The position numbers and the translations under genes were made by a program. From assembly GCA_047620145.1 (NCBI GenBank), contig JBLHKO010000004.1, positions 1 through 58,306 of the forward strand: a stretch of DNA of 58,306 bases, in the 5' to 3' direction. Of the stretch, positions 40,550 through 50,074 are shown piece by piece. The notes under the pieces were generated by a model, which did no database searches, was not told where the DNA came from, and worked only from the letters and a program-made list of their open reading frames with translations. The stretch's first letter is position 1, and every line of letters starts with the position of its first letter. The stretch is from Gammaproteobacteria bacterium (GTDB taxonomy: Bacteria > Pseudomonadota > Gammaproteobacteria > Eutrophobiales > Eutrophobiaceae).

Positions 40550-40563
40550 AGCGAGCGCTCGCT
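40550..40563. promoter_or_regulatory. 14-bp perfect palindrome upstream of fadI, candidate operator
   Basis: agcgagcgctcgct, 140 bp upstream of the fadI start. Confidence 0.5.
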
Positions 40564-40683
40564 TTTATTTGTGGTGATTCTATGCCAATAGTTGACTCTG
40601 TGTCTAGGATTTAATTGAAACTATTAAATTCACACCAGACTAATTCCTCATAGATAGTGTCCAGAAGGCAATACTACTGGGTT

Positions 40684-42084
40684 TTATGAGCCTCTTAGCC
40701 TCGGATCAAAAGCATCGCGCACTACATCTGAAAACAGATTGGCCGCCAGCACCAGAACAAACATAAAGACGAAAGCAGCGGCCAAAGACCACCAGACAAT
40801 AGGTTCACGCGCCATTTCCAGGCGGGCACTATTAATCATATTACCCCAACTATGCATGCTCGGATCGACACCGATATTAATGTAAGACAACACAGCCTCG
40901 GCCAACACCAGACCACTGAAATCCAACACGATTGAAATCATCACAATATGCATGACGTTCGGTAACAAATGTCGAAGTATGATGGTGAAATGACCGACAC
41001 CGAAGGCCTGTGCCGCCTGTACATAATCAATCTCGCGCAGCTTCATCGTTTCACCCCTTAACATTCGACAAAGTCCTGTCCAGCTGGTGATCCCCAAAAT
41101 AATACAAAGAAATAAAAGGCGCATGTCTGCACGCTGTTCCAGACTAACAAAATCATCCGCGTGATTAGCCATGTAGACCTGTAGCATCAGAATTGACGCA
41201 GCAATCAGTAAGACACCAGGAATGGAACTTAGCGTGGTATAAAGATACTGAATCACATCATCAATCCAGCCACGGAAGTAACCTGCCATCAGGCCCATTA
41301 ATATCGCAAAAGGTAGCATCACCAGTGTCGTCAATGTACCAATGACCAAGCCGGTCCTGATACTCTTGAGTGCCTGATAAAAAACATCCTGACCCACCTT
41401 GTCGGTGCCGAGGATGTGATAAAAGTTTGAAAGGTACAGTAAAACTGTTAAGGAAATAATCACAATTCCTAGAGTGACATGAATGACTCTCCAGGGAACC
41501 TCAGACTCTTTTTTGAGTGTGTTGTTAAAAACATTTAATAAAGACACCTTGCTGCGCCATTTGATCGTGAAGACTAGGAGGCACGAGACAAAACACCAGA
41601 TAATCAAACCAAAGATAAAACCGTTAAGGGATTTTAATAATAAATCGCCTGTTTTTTCCTGCTCAGGATCGGACAAGTGTGCCCCACCAAAATTCAGACG
41701 TGGATATTCACGTACCGTAGAGCCATTGGCTAATTCAATGGTTTCTTTCGAATAGGCATGCGATGCAAAAGGTGCAGAATAGGTTTTTTCATCCTGTTCC
41801 CGCAAATGTGTAATAGCGACATCCAGTAAACTTAATATTTCTGTTGAATATTGCTTTTCTTGATCATTCAATTTTTTCAGGTTTGGATGGAAATGAATTG
41901 AATCGATTAAACCAATCAGAAGATAAAAAAATAATATCACCGCTGATGCCATGGCCATCGGATTACGCGCGACTGTTCTCCATGGTGCCCTCAAATGTTC
42001 TTGCTTACGTGCATAACAGACAAAGATAAATACCATCGTAAGTAATAATAGAATAAGGCCATCTGTAATAAATAGTACTGGCAT
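40684..42084 (-). CDS. Peptide ABC transporter permease (DppC-like)
   Basis: LGTDKVGQDV, RGETMKLREIDYVQAAQAFG EAA loop, SWGNMI. Confidence 0.92.
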   Translation of the reverse strand: MPVLFITDGLILLLLTMVFIFVCYARKQEHLRAPWRTVARNPMAMASAVILFFYLLIGLIDSIHFHPNLKKLNDQEKQYSTEILSLLDVAITHLREQDEKTYSAPFASHAYSKETIELANGSTVREYPRLNFGGAHLSDPEQEKTGDLLLKSLNGFIFGLIIWCFVSCLLVFTIKWRSKVSLLNVFNNTLKKESEVPWRVIHVTLGIVIISLTVLLYLSNFYHILGTDKVGQDVFYQALKSIRTGLVIGTLTTLVMLPFAILMGLMAGYFRGWIDDVIQYLYTTLSSIPGVLLIAASILMLQVYMANHADDFVSLEQRADMRLLFLCIILGITSWTGLCRMLRGETMKLREIDYVQAAQAFGVGHFTIILRHLLPNVMHIVMISIVLDFSGLVLAEAVLSYINIGVDPSMHSWGNMINSARLEMAREPIVWWSLAAAFVFMFVLVLAANLFSDVVRDAFDPRLRGS

Positions 42085-42087
42085 GAT

Positions 42088-43065
42088 TTATTGCAACCTG
42101 ACGCGTGGATCAACCAAGGTGTATGAGATATCCGTCAGTAATAATCCAATGATATACAGAACAGAACCCAGGAAAACCATGGAACGAACAATGGCAAAGT
42201 CCTGACTACTAATCGCGTCGATGGTGTAACTGCCCAGACCGGGAATTGAAAAAAATGATTCTGTAATCAATGAGCCCATAAATAACAATGGCAATATAAC
42301 GACCACACCCGTAAGAATTGGAATCAAACCATTCCTCAATACATGCCGATACAGCACCATGCTCTCAGACAAACCTTTTGCCCTCGCCGTGCGCACATAA
42401 TCCTTACCCATCTCTTCAAGAAATATTGTGCGATACCAGCGCGTGCTGGCACCAATGCCACCGAGTAAGCCAACCAGCACAGGTAAAATAATAAATTTTA
42501 TCGAGTTGAGTCCAGTGTCATATCCAGAGATAGGCACTAAATGGAATAGTTTACCGATAACAACTTGTCCAAAAATGATATAAAACAATCCTGAAATAGA
42601 CATCATCGTCACACAGATCACGACGCCCCAGATATCGAGATAGGTCGCTCGAAAAAAAGAAAGGATAAGACCAAAGGCGATGTAGGTAAAAAGCCCTAGA
42701 AACAGCCCTGGCAGTGAAATCGACAAACTAGGCCACATACGTTGACTGATATCATAGCTGATATCCCGACCACTATCGGAACGACCAAAATCAAATAGAA
42801 ATAAACTCACTGAATTCTGATAAAAAATCGTATCGGTGACTTTACTTTTCCCTGCCGCTTCTGAATTCCAGAGCACGGGTTTATCGTAACCGCGTTCGTG
42901 TTTCCATTTTTCTATTGCCTGCTCAGTAACGCGCTTCTGACCCAGATGCATGCGCGCCATATCATCTGGCGTATTCACCACAAAAAATAAAAGAAATGTA
43001 ATGATATTGACACCGATTAAAATAGGGATGGCATATAAAAATCGACGAAGTATATAAGCTGTCAT
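42088..43065 (-). CDS. Peptide ABC transporter permease (DppB-like)
   Basis: MTAYILRRF start (ATGA overlap with the SBP stop), YVRTARAKGLSE, ITESFFSIPGLG. Confidence 0.92.
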   Translation of the reverse strand: MTAYILRRFLYAIPILIGVNIITFLLFFVVNTPDDMARMHLGQKRVTEQAIEKWKHERGYDKPVLWNSEAAGKSKVTDTIFYQNSVSLFLFDFGRSDSGRDISYDISQRMWPSLSISLPGLFLGLFTYIAFGLILSFFRATYLDIWGVVICVTMMSISGLFYIIFGQVVIGKLFHLVPISGYDTGLNSIKFIILPVLVGLLGGIGASTRWYRTIFLEEMGKDYVRTARAKGLSESMVLYRHVLRNGLIPILTGVVVILPLLFMGSLITESFFSIPGLGSYTIDAISSQDFAIVRSMVFLGSVLYIIGLLLTDISYTLVDPRVRLQ

Positions 43066-45224
43066 AATGCTGCGGCCTTTTCTCTTCTCTGATGGTAACG
43101 AATTGCCGGAATGATACATAAACACAGAAGAACTAGAAGCAATACCAAAGGCCACCAAACTGGATGATTCCATTGCTCGCGTTGCGTTTTGCGTTTAATC
43201 GAATCAATGCGTTTATATTTTAATTTGTTATTTGCCATCAAATTAGGTTTGGCATTTTTGTACCAGTCATGATGTAAAGAAAATGCCACTGGGTGATAAC
43301 CCCACAGCCAAGGCGAATCTCTGCGTACAATCTCAACCATCTGATCGATAATCGACTGACGTGCTTCACCATTACTAATATTTTTCATTTGATCAAACAG
43401 TTGATCGAATTCATCATTCTTATAATTTGATGCATTCTCACCATTGATCCCAAATTTGGCATTTGGCCCATATAACAAAAACAAAAAATTCTCAGGATCC
43501 GGGTAGTCTGCGTTCCAGCCCCACTGGTATATTTGTGCAGCCCCCTTCAGCATCTTCTCCTGAAAGCGATTGTAATCGGTGGCGCGAATCACCAGCGTAA
43601 TACCTAGCTTATCGAATTGCTTGCGTAACCAGTCGAAATTAGCCTTACTGCCAGGACCCGCCGCAGGGGTATCCAGATAAAGCAGCAATGCTTTACCTGT
43701 TTCTGCATGCCTCCCATCGGGGTACCCTGCTTCGACCATCAGCTTTTTCGCTACATCGATTGATTGACGTTTGGCTTTACCATTAACCCACTCATAAACG
43801 TAGGGATTTATCCCGGCCTCACCTGTTGTATTGCCGAATATCCCCGGTGGCACTGGGCCTTGTGCCGAGAGTCCCCGGCCATTCGCAAAAATGGAAATAA
43901 ATTCTTCAAAATCAACCGCAATAGCGATGGCTTGTCTTAATTTACGCGCACGCTCACTGTCGCCACCAATAACTTCATCCCGCATATTGAACCCGGTATA
44001 ATATACAGAAGTGGTAACTGCTGTGAGTAACTGGATTTCCTTGTCTTGCATCTCTTCTGTTAATGCTGCTTCACCCTGTGTATTAAATTGTACAGCTTGA
44101 TCAAAACTATCGGAGACAATTCCGGAGGTATCATAATAACCTTGTAAAAATTTATTCCATGCAGGAATAGATTCTTTTTCCAGACTGAATATTGCTTTAT
44201 CCACAAACGGCATCGCTTTACCGGCATCTTCCAAGAAACCGTTTATGGCATCTGTATCTTCACCTTCTTCAGGAAAGGCTTCTCCACGAAAGTTTGGGTT
44301 CCTTTCCAGTACCATACGACGATTCGGATTATTTTCACTTAACATGAAAGGACCAGTGCCTATGGGATACCAGTCCAGGGTAATATTTCGATCAGACATG
44401 CCTGCCTGTGAATAAAATACATCTGCCTCCCAGGGCATAGGCGCAAAAAATGACATTGAAAGCCAATAAAGAAACTGAGGATATTTTTCTTTCAAGATGA
44501 TTTCAAAAGTCGTTTTATCAAAAACGCGTGTACCTTCAAGTTCATATTCTCGCAAGTCAATATAAGCCGAAGATTCTTTTTCTGATGTTTTAGATTCTTC
44601 TTCGAGTTGCTTGCTGAGTTCGGACAAACCAAGAATATACTGACTCATTAATCCTGCTATGGGTGAGTGTATCTTTGGGTGTGCCATCCGTTTGATTTGG
44701 TAAACATAATCTGCAGCAGTTAATTCTCTGGTCCCTGTTTCCTTAAAATCATTCAGGGTATGGATCCCTTTTAGATCTTGTTCTGCAAGTTTATGATAAA
44801 CGTATTCATCCATTTTCCCCGTCGCCAGGGCGGGATGAGGTTGATACATCACCCCTGATCGAATCTTAATTCGATAGATGACCCGTGATATATTTTCGGA
44901 GTCAGTTTCTTCATCGATAATATTTCCTTCGCTGTCCTGATAAATAGCCACGGGCATTTCTGAGGCCGTTAACGGGATCAATTCGTACGGCCGCTTTAAA
45001 AAATGATACTGCAAAGGTGATTCATAGATTTGCCCAAGGAACACATATTCATTCGAGCTATATGAACGAGCAGGATCCAGATGTTTGGGTCTTTCCGAGA
45101 AAGTGTCGTAATAAATATTTCTGTCATCTTCACTAGCTGGATAGGGATTATTCAAGGAAGAATCTGAACAAGCTGAAATTAAACTGATTACTAGCAGTAG
45201 AATTATTCGATAAATAATATGCAT
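43062..45224 (-). CDS. ABC substrate-binding lipoprotein, family 5
   Basis: Lipobox ISAC, LDPARSY, PIGTGPFML, GWNADYPDPENF; C-terminal TM anchor. Start placed at 45224. Confidence 0.9.
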   Translation of the reverse strand: MHIIYRIILLLVISLISACSDSSLNNPYPASEDDRNIYYDTFSERPKHLDPARSYSSNEYVFLGQIYESPLQYHFLKRPYELIPLTASEMPVAIYQDSEGNIIDEETDSENISRVIYRIKIRSGVMYQPHPALATGKMDEYVYHKLAEQDLKGIHTLNDFKETGTRELTAADYVYQIKRMAHPKIHSPIAGLMSQYILGLSELSKQLEEESKTSEKESSAYIDLREYELEGTRVFDKTTFEIILKEKYPQFLYWLSMSFFAPMPWEADVFYSQAGMSDRNITLDWYPIGTGPFMLSENNPNRRMVLERNPNFRGEAFPEEGEDTDAINGFLEDAGKAMPFVDKAIFSLEKESIPAWNKFLQGYYDTSGIVSDSFDQAVQFNTQGEAALTEEMQDKEIQLLTAVTTSVYYTGFNMRDEVIGGDSERARKLRQAIAIAVDFEEFISIFANGRGLSAQGPVPPGIFGNTTGEAGINPYVYEWVNGKAKRQSIDVAKKLMVEAGYPDGRHAETGKALLLYLDTPAAGPGSKANFDWLRKQFDKLGITLVIRATDYNRFQEKMLKGAAQIYQWGWNADYPDPENFLFLLYGPNAKFGINGENASNYKNDEFDQLFDQMKNISNGEARQSIIDQMVEIVRRDSPWLWGYHPVAFSLHHDWYKNAKPNLMANNKLKYKRIDSIKRKTQREQWNHPVWWPLVLLLVLLCLCIIPAIRYHQRREKAAAL

Positions 45225-45428
45225 TTGGTCTATTTTCAATTTGAAGTGTGTCATCTGCTAATGTCCTGTTACATCTACCAGGTACATTTTCTCAAACAAC
45301 ATGATCATACTATAATGAATTCAATATAGTATGATTCAGCTTATGTTTTTCTGGCTGTTCTAATTTCTGTAGACTTTGATGGTCTGCAAAGATTCAGGTT
45401 CCATTAATTATTATGAAGGATTTCGACT

Positions 45429-46205
45429 ATGGGTTTTTTAGAGGGTAAGCGTGCATTAATCGTTGGTGTTGCCAGCAACCGATCAATCGCCTGGGGAATT
45501 GCTAAGGCGCTGCATCGCGAAGGTGCAGAATTGGCTTTCACCTATCAAAACGACAAATTGAAAGGTCGTGTTGAAAAATTTGCGGCTGAACTTGGCTCAG
45601 AAATTACCATGCCTTGTGATGTGGGTAGCGACGCAGAGATTGATCAGGTTTATCAAGACCTTGGTAAACAGTGGGATAGCATGGATATACTGATTCATTC
45701 AGCGGCATTCGCTCCTAGAGAACAACTTGAAGGTGGCTACATGGACAGCGTAACCCGCGAAGGTTTCTTGATGGCACACGATATCAGCTCATATAGTTTT
45801 GCGGCATTAGGAAAAGGCGCTCGGCCCATGATGGCCGGAAGAAATGGCGCCATGCTGACCTTGAGTTATATTGGCGCCGTACGTTCGATGCCTAACTACA
45901 ATGTCATGGGTGTGGCCAAGGCCAGCCTCGAAGCAAATATTCGGTATATGGCATCCAGTCTTGGGCCTGAAAATATCCGTGTCAATGGCATCTCGGCAGG
46001 TCCAATTAAAACATTGGCAGCCTCTGGTATCAGTGGTTTAAAAGATTTTCTACGTCACGTTGAAGCGGCATCACCGCTACGCAGAAACGTGACCATTGAT
46101 GAAGTTGGTAATGCCGCAGCATTCCTATGTTCAGATCTGGCCTCTGCTATCACTGGTGAAATCACCTATGTTGATTGCGGGTACAATTCTATTGGAATGA
46201 GCTAG
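45429..46205 (+). CDS. fabI: Enoyl-ACP reductase
   Basis: [38 protein letters not shown]. Confidence 0.97.
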   Translation: MGFLEGKRALIVGVASNRSIAWGIAKALHREGAELAFTYQNDKLKGRVEKFAAELGSEITMPCDVGSDAEIDQVYQDLGKQWDSMDILIHSAAFAPREQLEGGYMDSVTREGFLMAHDISSYSFAALGKGARPMMAGRNGAMLTLSYIGAVRSMPNYNVMGVAKASLEANIRYMASSLGPENIRVNGISAGPIKTLAASGISGLKDFLRHVEAASPLRRNVTIDEVGNAAAFLCSDLASAITGEITYVDCGYNSIGMS

Positions 46206-46230
46206 GTACTTCTAAAAGAGAACTTTAAAG

Positions 46231-47439
46231 ATGTCACTTCAAGGCAATAATTACCTACTCTGGGCGATCCTGACCGGTGCCTTAGGTGGCATCTTCTCAG
46301 GCTGGTATTTTGGTGAAGCCATGTTGTCGATTGAGTGGCTTGGCACTCTGTTTCTTAATGCCCTGAAGATGACAATTATTCCACTAATCGTTGCCGCAGT
46401 AATTACCGGTGTTACATCGATGGGCGATGTACGCAAACTAGGTCGAGTCGGTGGCCTGACTATCCTTTATTACGCATCGACCACTGCGCTTGCAGTTTTG
46501 ATTGGCCTTGTGGTTGTAAATCTGATTCAGCCGGGTAGTGGGATGAATGAACTAAGCCAAGCGGTGCCTGAAAAAGTCGCAAATCTTGAAACAGCAACTT
46601 TCACCAGTATTATTTTAAAATTTATTACACCAAATCTCATCGCCTCAGCAGCTGAGCTTGATCTGCTACCTATCATTGTTTTTTCTCTATTATTTGCAGC
46701 AGCCTTGACCACCGTTGGTGAAAAAGGTCTTCCTGTCATACGCTTTTTTGATGGCCTGAATGAAGTCATGATGAAACTTGTCATCTGGCTTATGTATCTG
46801 GCACCTTTGGGTATCTTTGCTTTGATTGCTGCCAGACTTGGTGCTGCAGGCGGTGGGAGTGCTTTCTGGATCGAAATCAGTTCAGTCGGTTGGTATTGTA
46901 TCGCTGTGATACTCGGTTTATTTATACACTTCCTGTTACTGTTTGGCATATTAAAGCTATTCAGTAATCACGGTATCGCTTATTTAAAACAAATGATGCG
47001 TGCGCTGTTAACCGCATTTGGCACAGCCAGCTCTTCAGCGACTTTACCGCTGACAATGGAATGTGCCATTGAAGCCGGTGTAGACAAACGTGCAGTGAAG
47101 TTTGTCTTACCACTAGGCGCTACTGTAAACATGGATGGAACAGCATTGTATGAAGCTGTGGCGGTGATGTTTATTGCACAGGCTTATGGCTATACCATGG
47201 ATCTAAACCAGCAGATTATTATCTTTGTGACTGCAACACTAGCGGCCATCGGTGCAGCAGGTATTCCTCAGGCGGGACTTGTCACCATGGTCATCGTTTT
47301 GACTGCTGTGAATTTACCTCTGGAGGGAATAGGCATGCTATTGGCAGTGGACTGGTTTCTCGATCGCTTCCGAACCATGGTCAATGTCTGGGGTGACAGT
47401 ACCGGAGCAGCAATCATTGAAAGAGTAATGCCTGATTAA
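46231..47439 (+). CDS. Dicarboxylate/amino acid:cation symporter (DAACS)
   Basis: TAFGTASSSATLP, LGATVNMDGTALY, DRFRTMVNVWGD. Confidence 0.93.
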   Translation: MSLQGNNYLLWAILTGALGGIFSGWYFGEAMLSIEWLGTLFLNALKMTIIPLIVAAVITGVTSMGDVRKLGRVGGLTILYYASTTALAVLIGLVVVNLIQPGSGMNELSQAVPEKVANLETATFTSIILKFITPNLIASAAELDLLPIIVFSLLFAAALTTVGEKGLPVIRFFDGLNEVMMKLVIWLMYLAPLGIFALIAARLGAAGGGSAFWIEISSVGWYCIAVILGLFIHFLLLFGILKLFSNHGIAYLKQMMRALLTAFGTASSSATLPLTMECAIEAGVDKRAVKFVLPLGATVNMDGTALYEAVAVMFIAQAYGYTMDLNQQIIIFVTATLAAIGAAGIPQAGLVTMVIVLTAVNLPLEGIGMLLAVDWFLDRFRTMVNVWGDSTGAAIIERVMPD

Positions 47440-49335
47440 TTAAAGATTGTTTGAATTAATATTGGTACTCGCCTTGCCCACAAATTCCTCGACCATTGAT
47501 GACCATTCATCATTGGCTTTTGATTGAAGTAAACTTGACAATGTTTTATCAACATCTTCGTCCAATAGCGTCTCTGGATATCCAATTTTCGAAACAGCGA
47601 CAACAGCGTAATCCTCTTTACCAATTTCGGTTCCGCCAAAAGCAAGGCCATTCTCGGCTGGTTTCCCCAGTTTGAATGCTGTACGTAATATCTTCCTATT
47701 CACCGAAACATCATCACGAGTCACTGCATCAGCCTGAGTCCATTCAATTCCAAATGCCTCCGCAACTTCTGAAAGAGCTGAACCTTGCTTAAGTTGCTCA
47801 AGCATTTCTTGACCTTTTTCTCGTTGCAATTTACTTGCTTGCTCGGATTTCAGTTTTAGTGTGATTAGTTCTTTTACAGCTTCAAGCGATTTTTTCTCAG
47901 CAGGTAAATATTCCAACACCTTTAAAACAACTAAATGATTATTATTTAGCTCAATTGCTTCACTATTTTGACCCGATTTTATTGCCTCTTCATTAAAACT
48001 CGCAGAAAGTACTTTTGGTTCGGCAAATAAATCGCTGGCACTATCCCTACTGAAAAAATCACTTTGCTGAATCTCAATGCCAACGTCTTCAGCAGCAACC
48101 TCTAGAGAATCTACATGTTCATACGTCAGTGTCACCAACTTGTCAGCCAAGTCAAAATACTTATATTCTGCTTCTGATAGTTTGTAATCTTTTTCGACTA
48201 CTTCTCTAGAATTTTCAAATGTGTTCTTAACACCGCCTTTGAGGCCTTCAACTCTAAGAATATGCAGCCCTCTATCTGTCCTTTCAACTTTGCTCAGCTC
48301 ACCTTCGTTGATTGAAAATACGACATCATCAACTTCTTTAGGCAATACGCCCCTGGCAAGATAACCATGCTCGCTCACCAACATTTCTGGCTTTGAACCA
48401 TCATCATGTTTTTCAGCAACTTCTGTAAATGAAATACCTGATTCAATTAATTCTCTTATTTTCTCTGCCTTGCTCATCGCAGCTTCTACTTCTTCATCTG
48501 TAGCCTCAGGAGAAAGCTTAATATCGATTACATTTACTTTGCGTTGTTCTTTTACGTCATATTTATCCTTATTATCGTCATAATAAGTACGTAAATCTTC
48601 CTCGGTTGCTTGTATATCCAGTGCCAGTTTATCTACCGACAGCTCCAGATAGGCAATCCGAACCTGTTCCGGGGTCGATAAACCCTCGCTGGTCTTGTTG
48701 TAATATTTCTCAATGGCATCATCACTAATCTCTATTGAGTCTTTTATCTGATCCGCTGAAAGGATCGCATAGGATAAATCACGTGTTTGCTTTCTAATAC
48801 GGGTTAACCAAACAGCTTCTTTTCCCGAGACAAACGTACTGTTTGTCACCGCCCCCTGCAGTTGGTTGGCCATTAATTCCAGTCGTAATTGGTGTTCGAA
48901 AATAGCTGGTGTCATGCCTAGTTGCATTACCCCTCTTTCGTAGGCCATACGATCAAATCCATTTTCACCATTGAATGATTCAATATTTCTGACTGTTTTC
49001 CTGATTGTCGCGTTACTAATTTGCAATCCATGATCTATCGAGGCCTGGTTAACAATCTCATCCTGTATTAATTTGTCTACTGTCTGTTTCTTTAGTAATT
49101 CTTCTTCGCCTGGCGCAAGTGATTTCCCTGTGTATTTTTGCATTTGCTCACGAAAATTACTGTAGGCTTGTTGATACTGTCTCAACTTGATGTCTTTGCC
49201 GTTGACTGATGCTACCACTGGTTCTGAGCCTTGATCTGCGAAATTAACTCCCCATACCGCGAAAGTAATCATGACCGCCCCGAGGATGGTCCATGCAACC
49301 CAACCTGTTGTCCATTTTCGTATTTGCATCAACAT
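47440..49335 (-). CDS. ppiD: Periplasmic chaperone / PPIase D
   Basis: N-terminal TM plus SurA-N domain and rotamase-like domain; conserved position after hupB and tRNAs. Confidence 0.85.
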   Translation of the reverse strand: MLMQIRKWTTGWVAWTILGAVMITFAVWGVNFADQGSEPVVASVNGKDIKLRQYQQAYSNFREQMQKYTGKSLAPGEEELLKKQTVDKLIQDEIVNQASIDHGLQISNATIRKTVRNIESFNGENGFDRMAYERGVMQLGMTPAIFEHQLRLELMANQLQGAVTNSTFVSGKEAVWLTRIRKQTRDLSYAILSADQIKDSIEISDDAIEKYYNKTSEGLSTPEQVRIAYLELSVDKLALDIQATEEDLRTYYDDNKDKYDVKEQRKVNVIDIKLSPEATDEEVEAAMSKAEKIRELIESGISFTEVAEKHDDGSKPEMLVSEHGYLARGVLPKEVDDVVFSINEGELSKVERTDRGLHILRVEGLKGGVKNTFENSREVVEKDYKLSEAEYKYFDLADKLVTLTYEHVDSLEVAAEDVGIEIQQSDFFSRDSASDLFAEPKVLSASFNEEAIKSGQNSEAIELNNNHLVVLKVLEYLPAEKKSLEAVKELITLKLKSEQASKLQREKGQEMLEQLKQGSALSEVAEAFGIEWTQADAVTRDDVSVNRKILRTAFKLGKPAENGLAFGGTEIGKEDYAVVAVSKIGYPETLLDEDVDKTLSSLLQSKANDEWSSMVEEFVGKASTNINSNNL

Positions 49336-49390
49336 AATTCTATTATTACCTATACATTAATAACATATTAAATTCTTTATCTTATAAACC

Positions 49391-49424
49391 AAAAACGGGC
49401 GTGCCCTTTAACGGGAACGCCCGC
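49391..49424 (-). terminator. Intrinsic terminator after tRNA-Asp
   Basis: Minus strand GCGGGCGTTCCC-gttaaa-GGGCACGCCCG-TTTTT. Confidence 0.75.
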
Positions 49425-49430
49425 AAACTA

Positions 49431-49507
49431 TGGCGGAGTGGACGGGACTCGAACCCGCGACCACCGGCGTGACAGGCCGGTATTCTAACCAACTGAACTA
49501 CCACTCC
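49431..49507 (-). tRNA. tRNA-Asp(GTC)
   Basis: 77 nt, anticodon loop CTGTCAC, TTCGA T-loop, CCA end. Confidence 0.97.
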
Positions 49508-49516
49508 TGATGTTAT

Positions 49517-49592
49517 TGGTGGGTGCTGAGAGGCTCGAACTCCCGACATTCGCCGTGTAAAGGCGACGCTCTACCAACTGAGCTAAGCACCC
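49517..49592 (-). tRNA. tRNA-Val(TAC)
   Basis: 76 nt, anticodon loop TTTACAC, CCA end. Confidence 0.97.
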
Positions 49593-49622
49593 CAAATGTG
49601 CTATGCACCCTTTGAAGGCGCG

Positions 49623-49895
49623 CTAGTTTATTGCATCCTTAAGTGCTTTGCCAGGCTTAAATCCGGGTACTTTTGAAGCCTTGATTTTGATCTCTTCACC
49701 AGTTCTTGGGTTACGACCCATTCGTGCTGCACGCTTACGCACAGAGAATGTTCCAAATCCAACCAAAGTAACTGTGTCGCCTTTCTTTAATGCTTTTGTT
49801 ATTGACTCAATGGCAGCGTCGAGTGCACGCCCTGCAGATGCTTTTGATAAATCTGCGGCATTGGCGATAGATTCAATTAATTCAGCTTTGTTCAT
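49623..49895 (-). CDS. hupB: DNA-binding protein HU
   Basis: [42 protein letters not shown]. Confidence 0.95.
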   Translation of the reverse strand: MNKAELIESIANAADLSKASAGRALDAAIESITKALKKGDTVTLVGFGTFSVRKRAARMGRNPRTGEEIKIKASKVPGFKPGKALKDAIN

Positions 49896-50074
49896 TAATG
49901 TGTTCCCCCTTAAGAATTATAAAATGCCCCCTGCCCTGTGACAGTAAGCCAGTGAAATCAGGTGTTTCAAAATATTTGGCAAGATGTTTTTCCAGCGAAG
50001 ATTATATACCAAGCGGATAAATCGCAGTCAAGCGAATCGGCCTGAAAACGGCTATTTTATTTACTTTAAATGAA

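Noticed and set aside
42088-43173. Long N-terminal extensions in the ORF track (dppB 43173, tig 56056, dsbA 56908, EamA 1347, fadI 40431, intI 23598)
   Set aside because: Family N-termini, SD position or stop/start coupling point to later starts.
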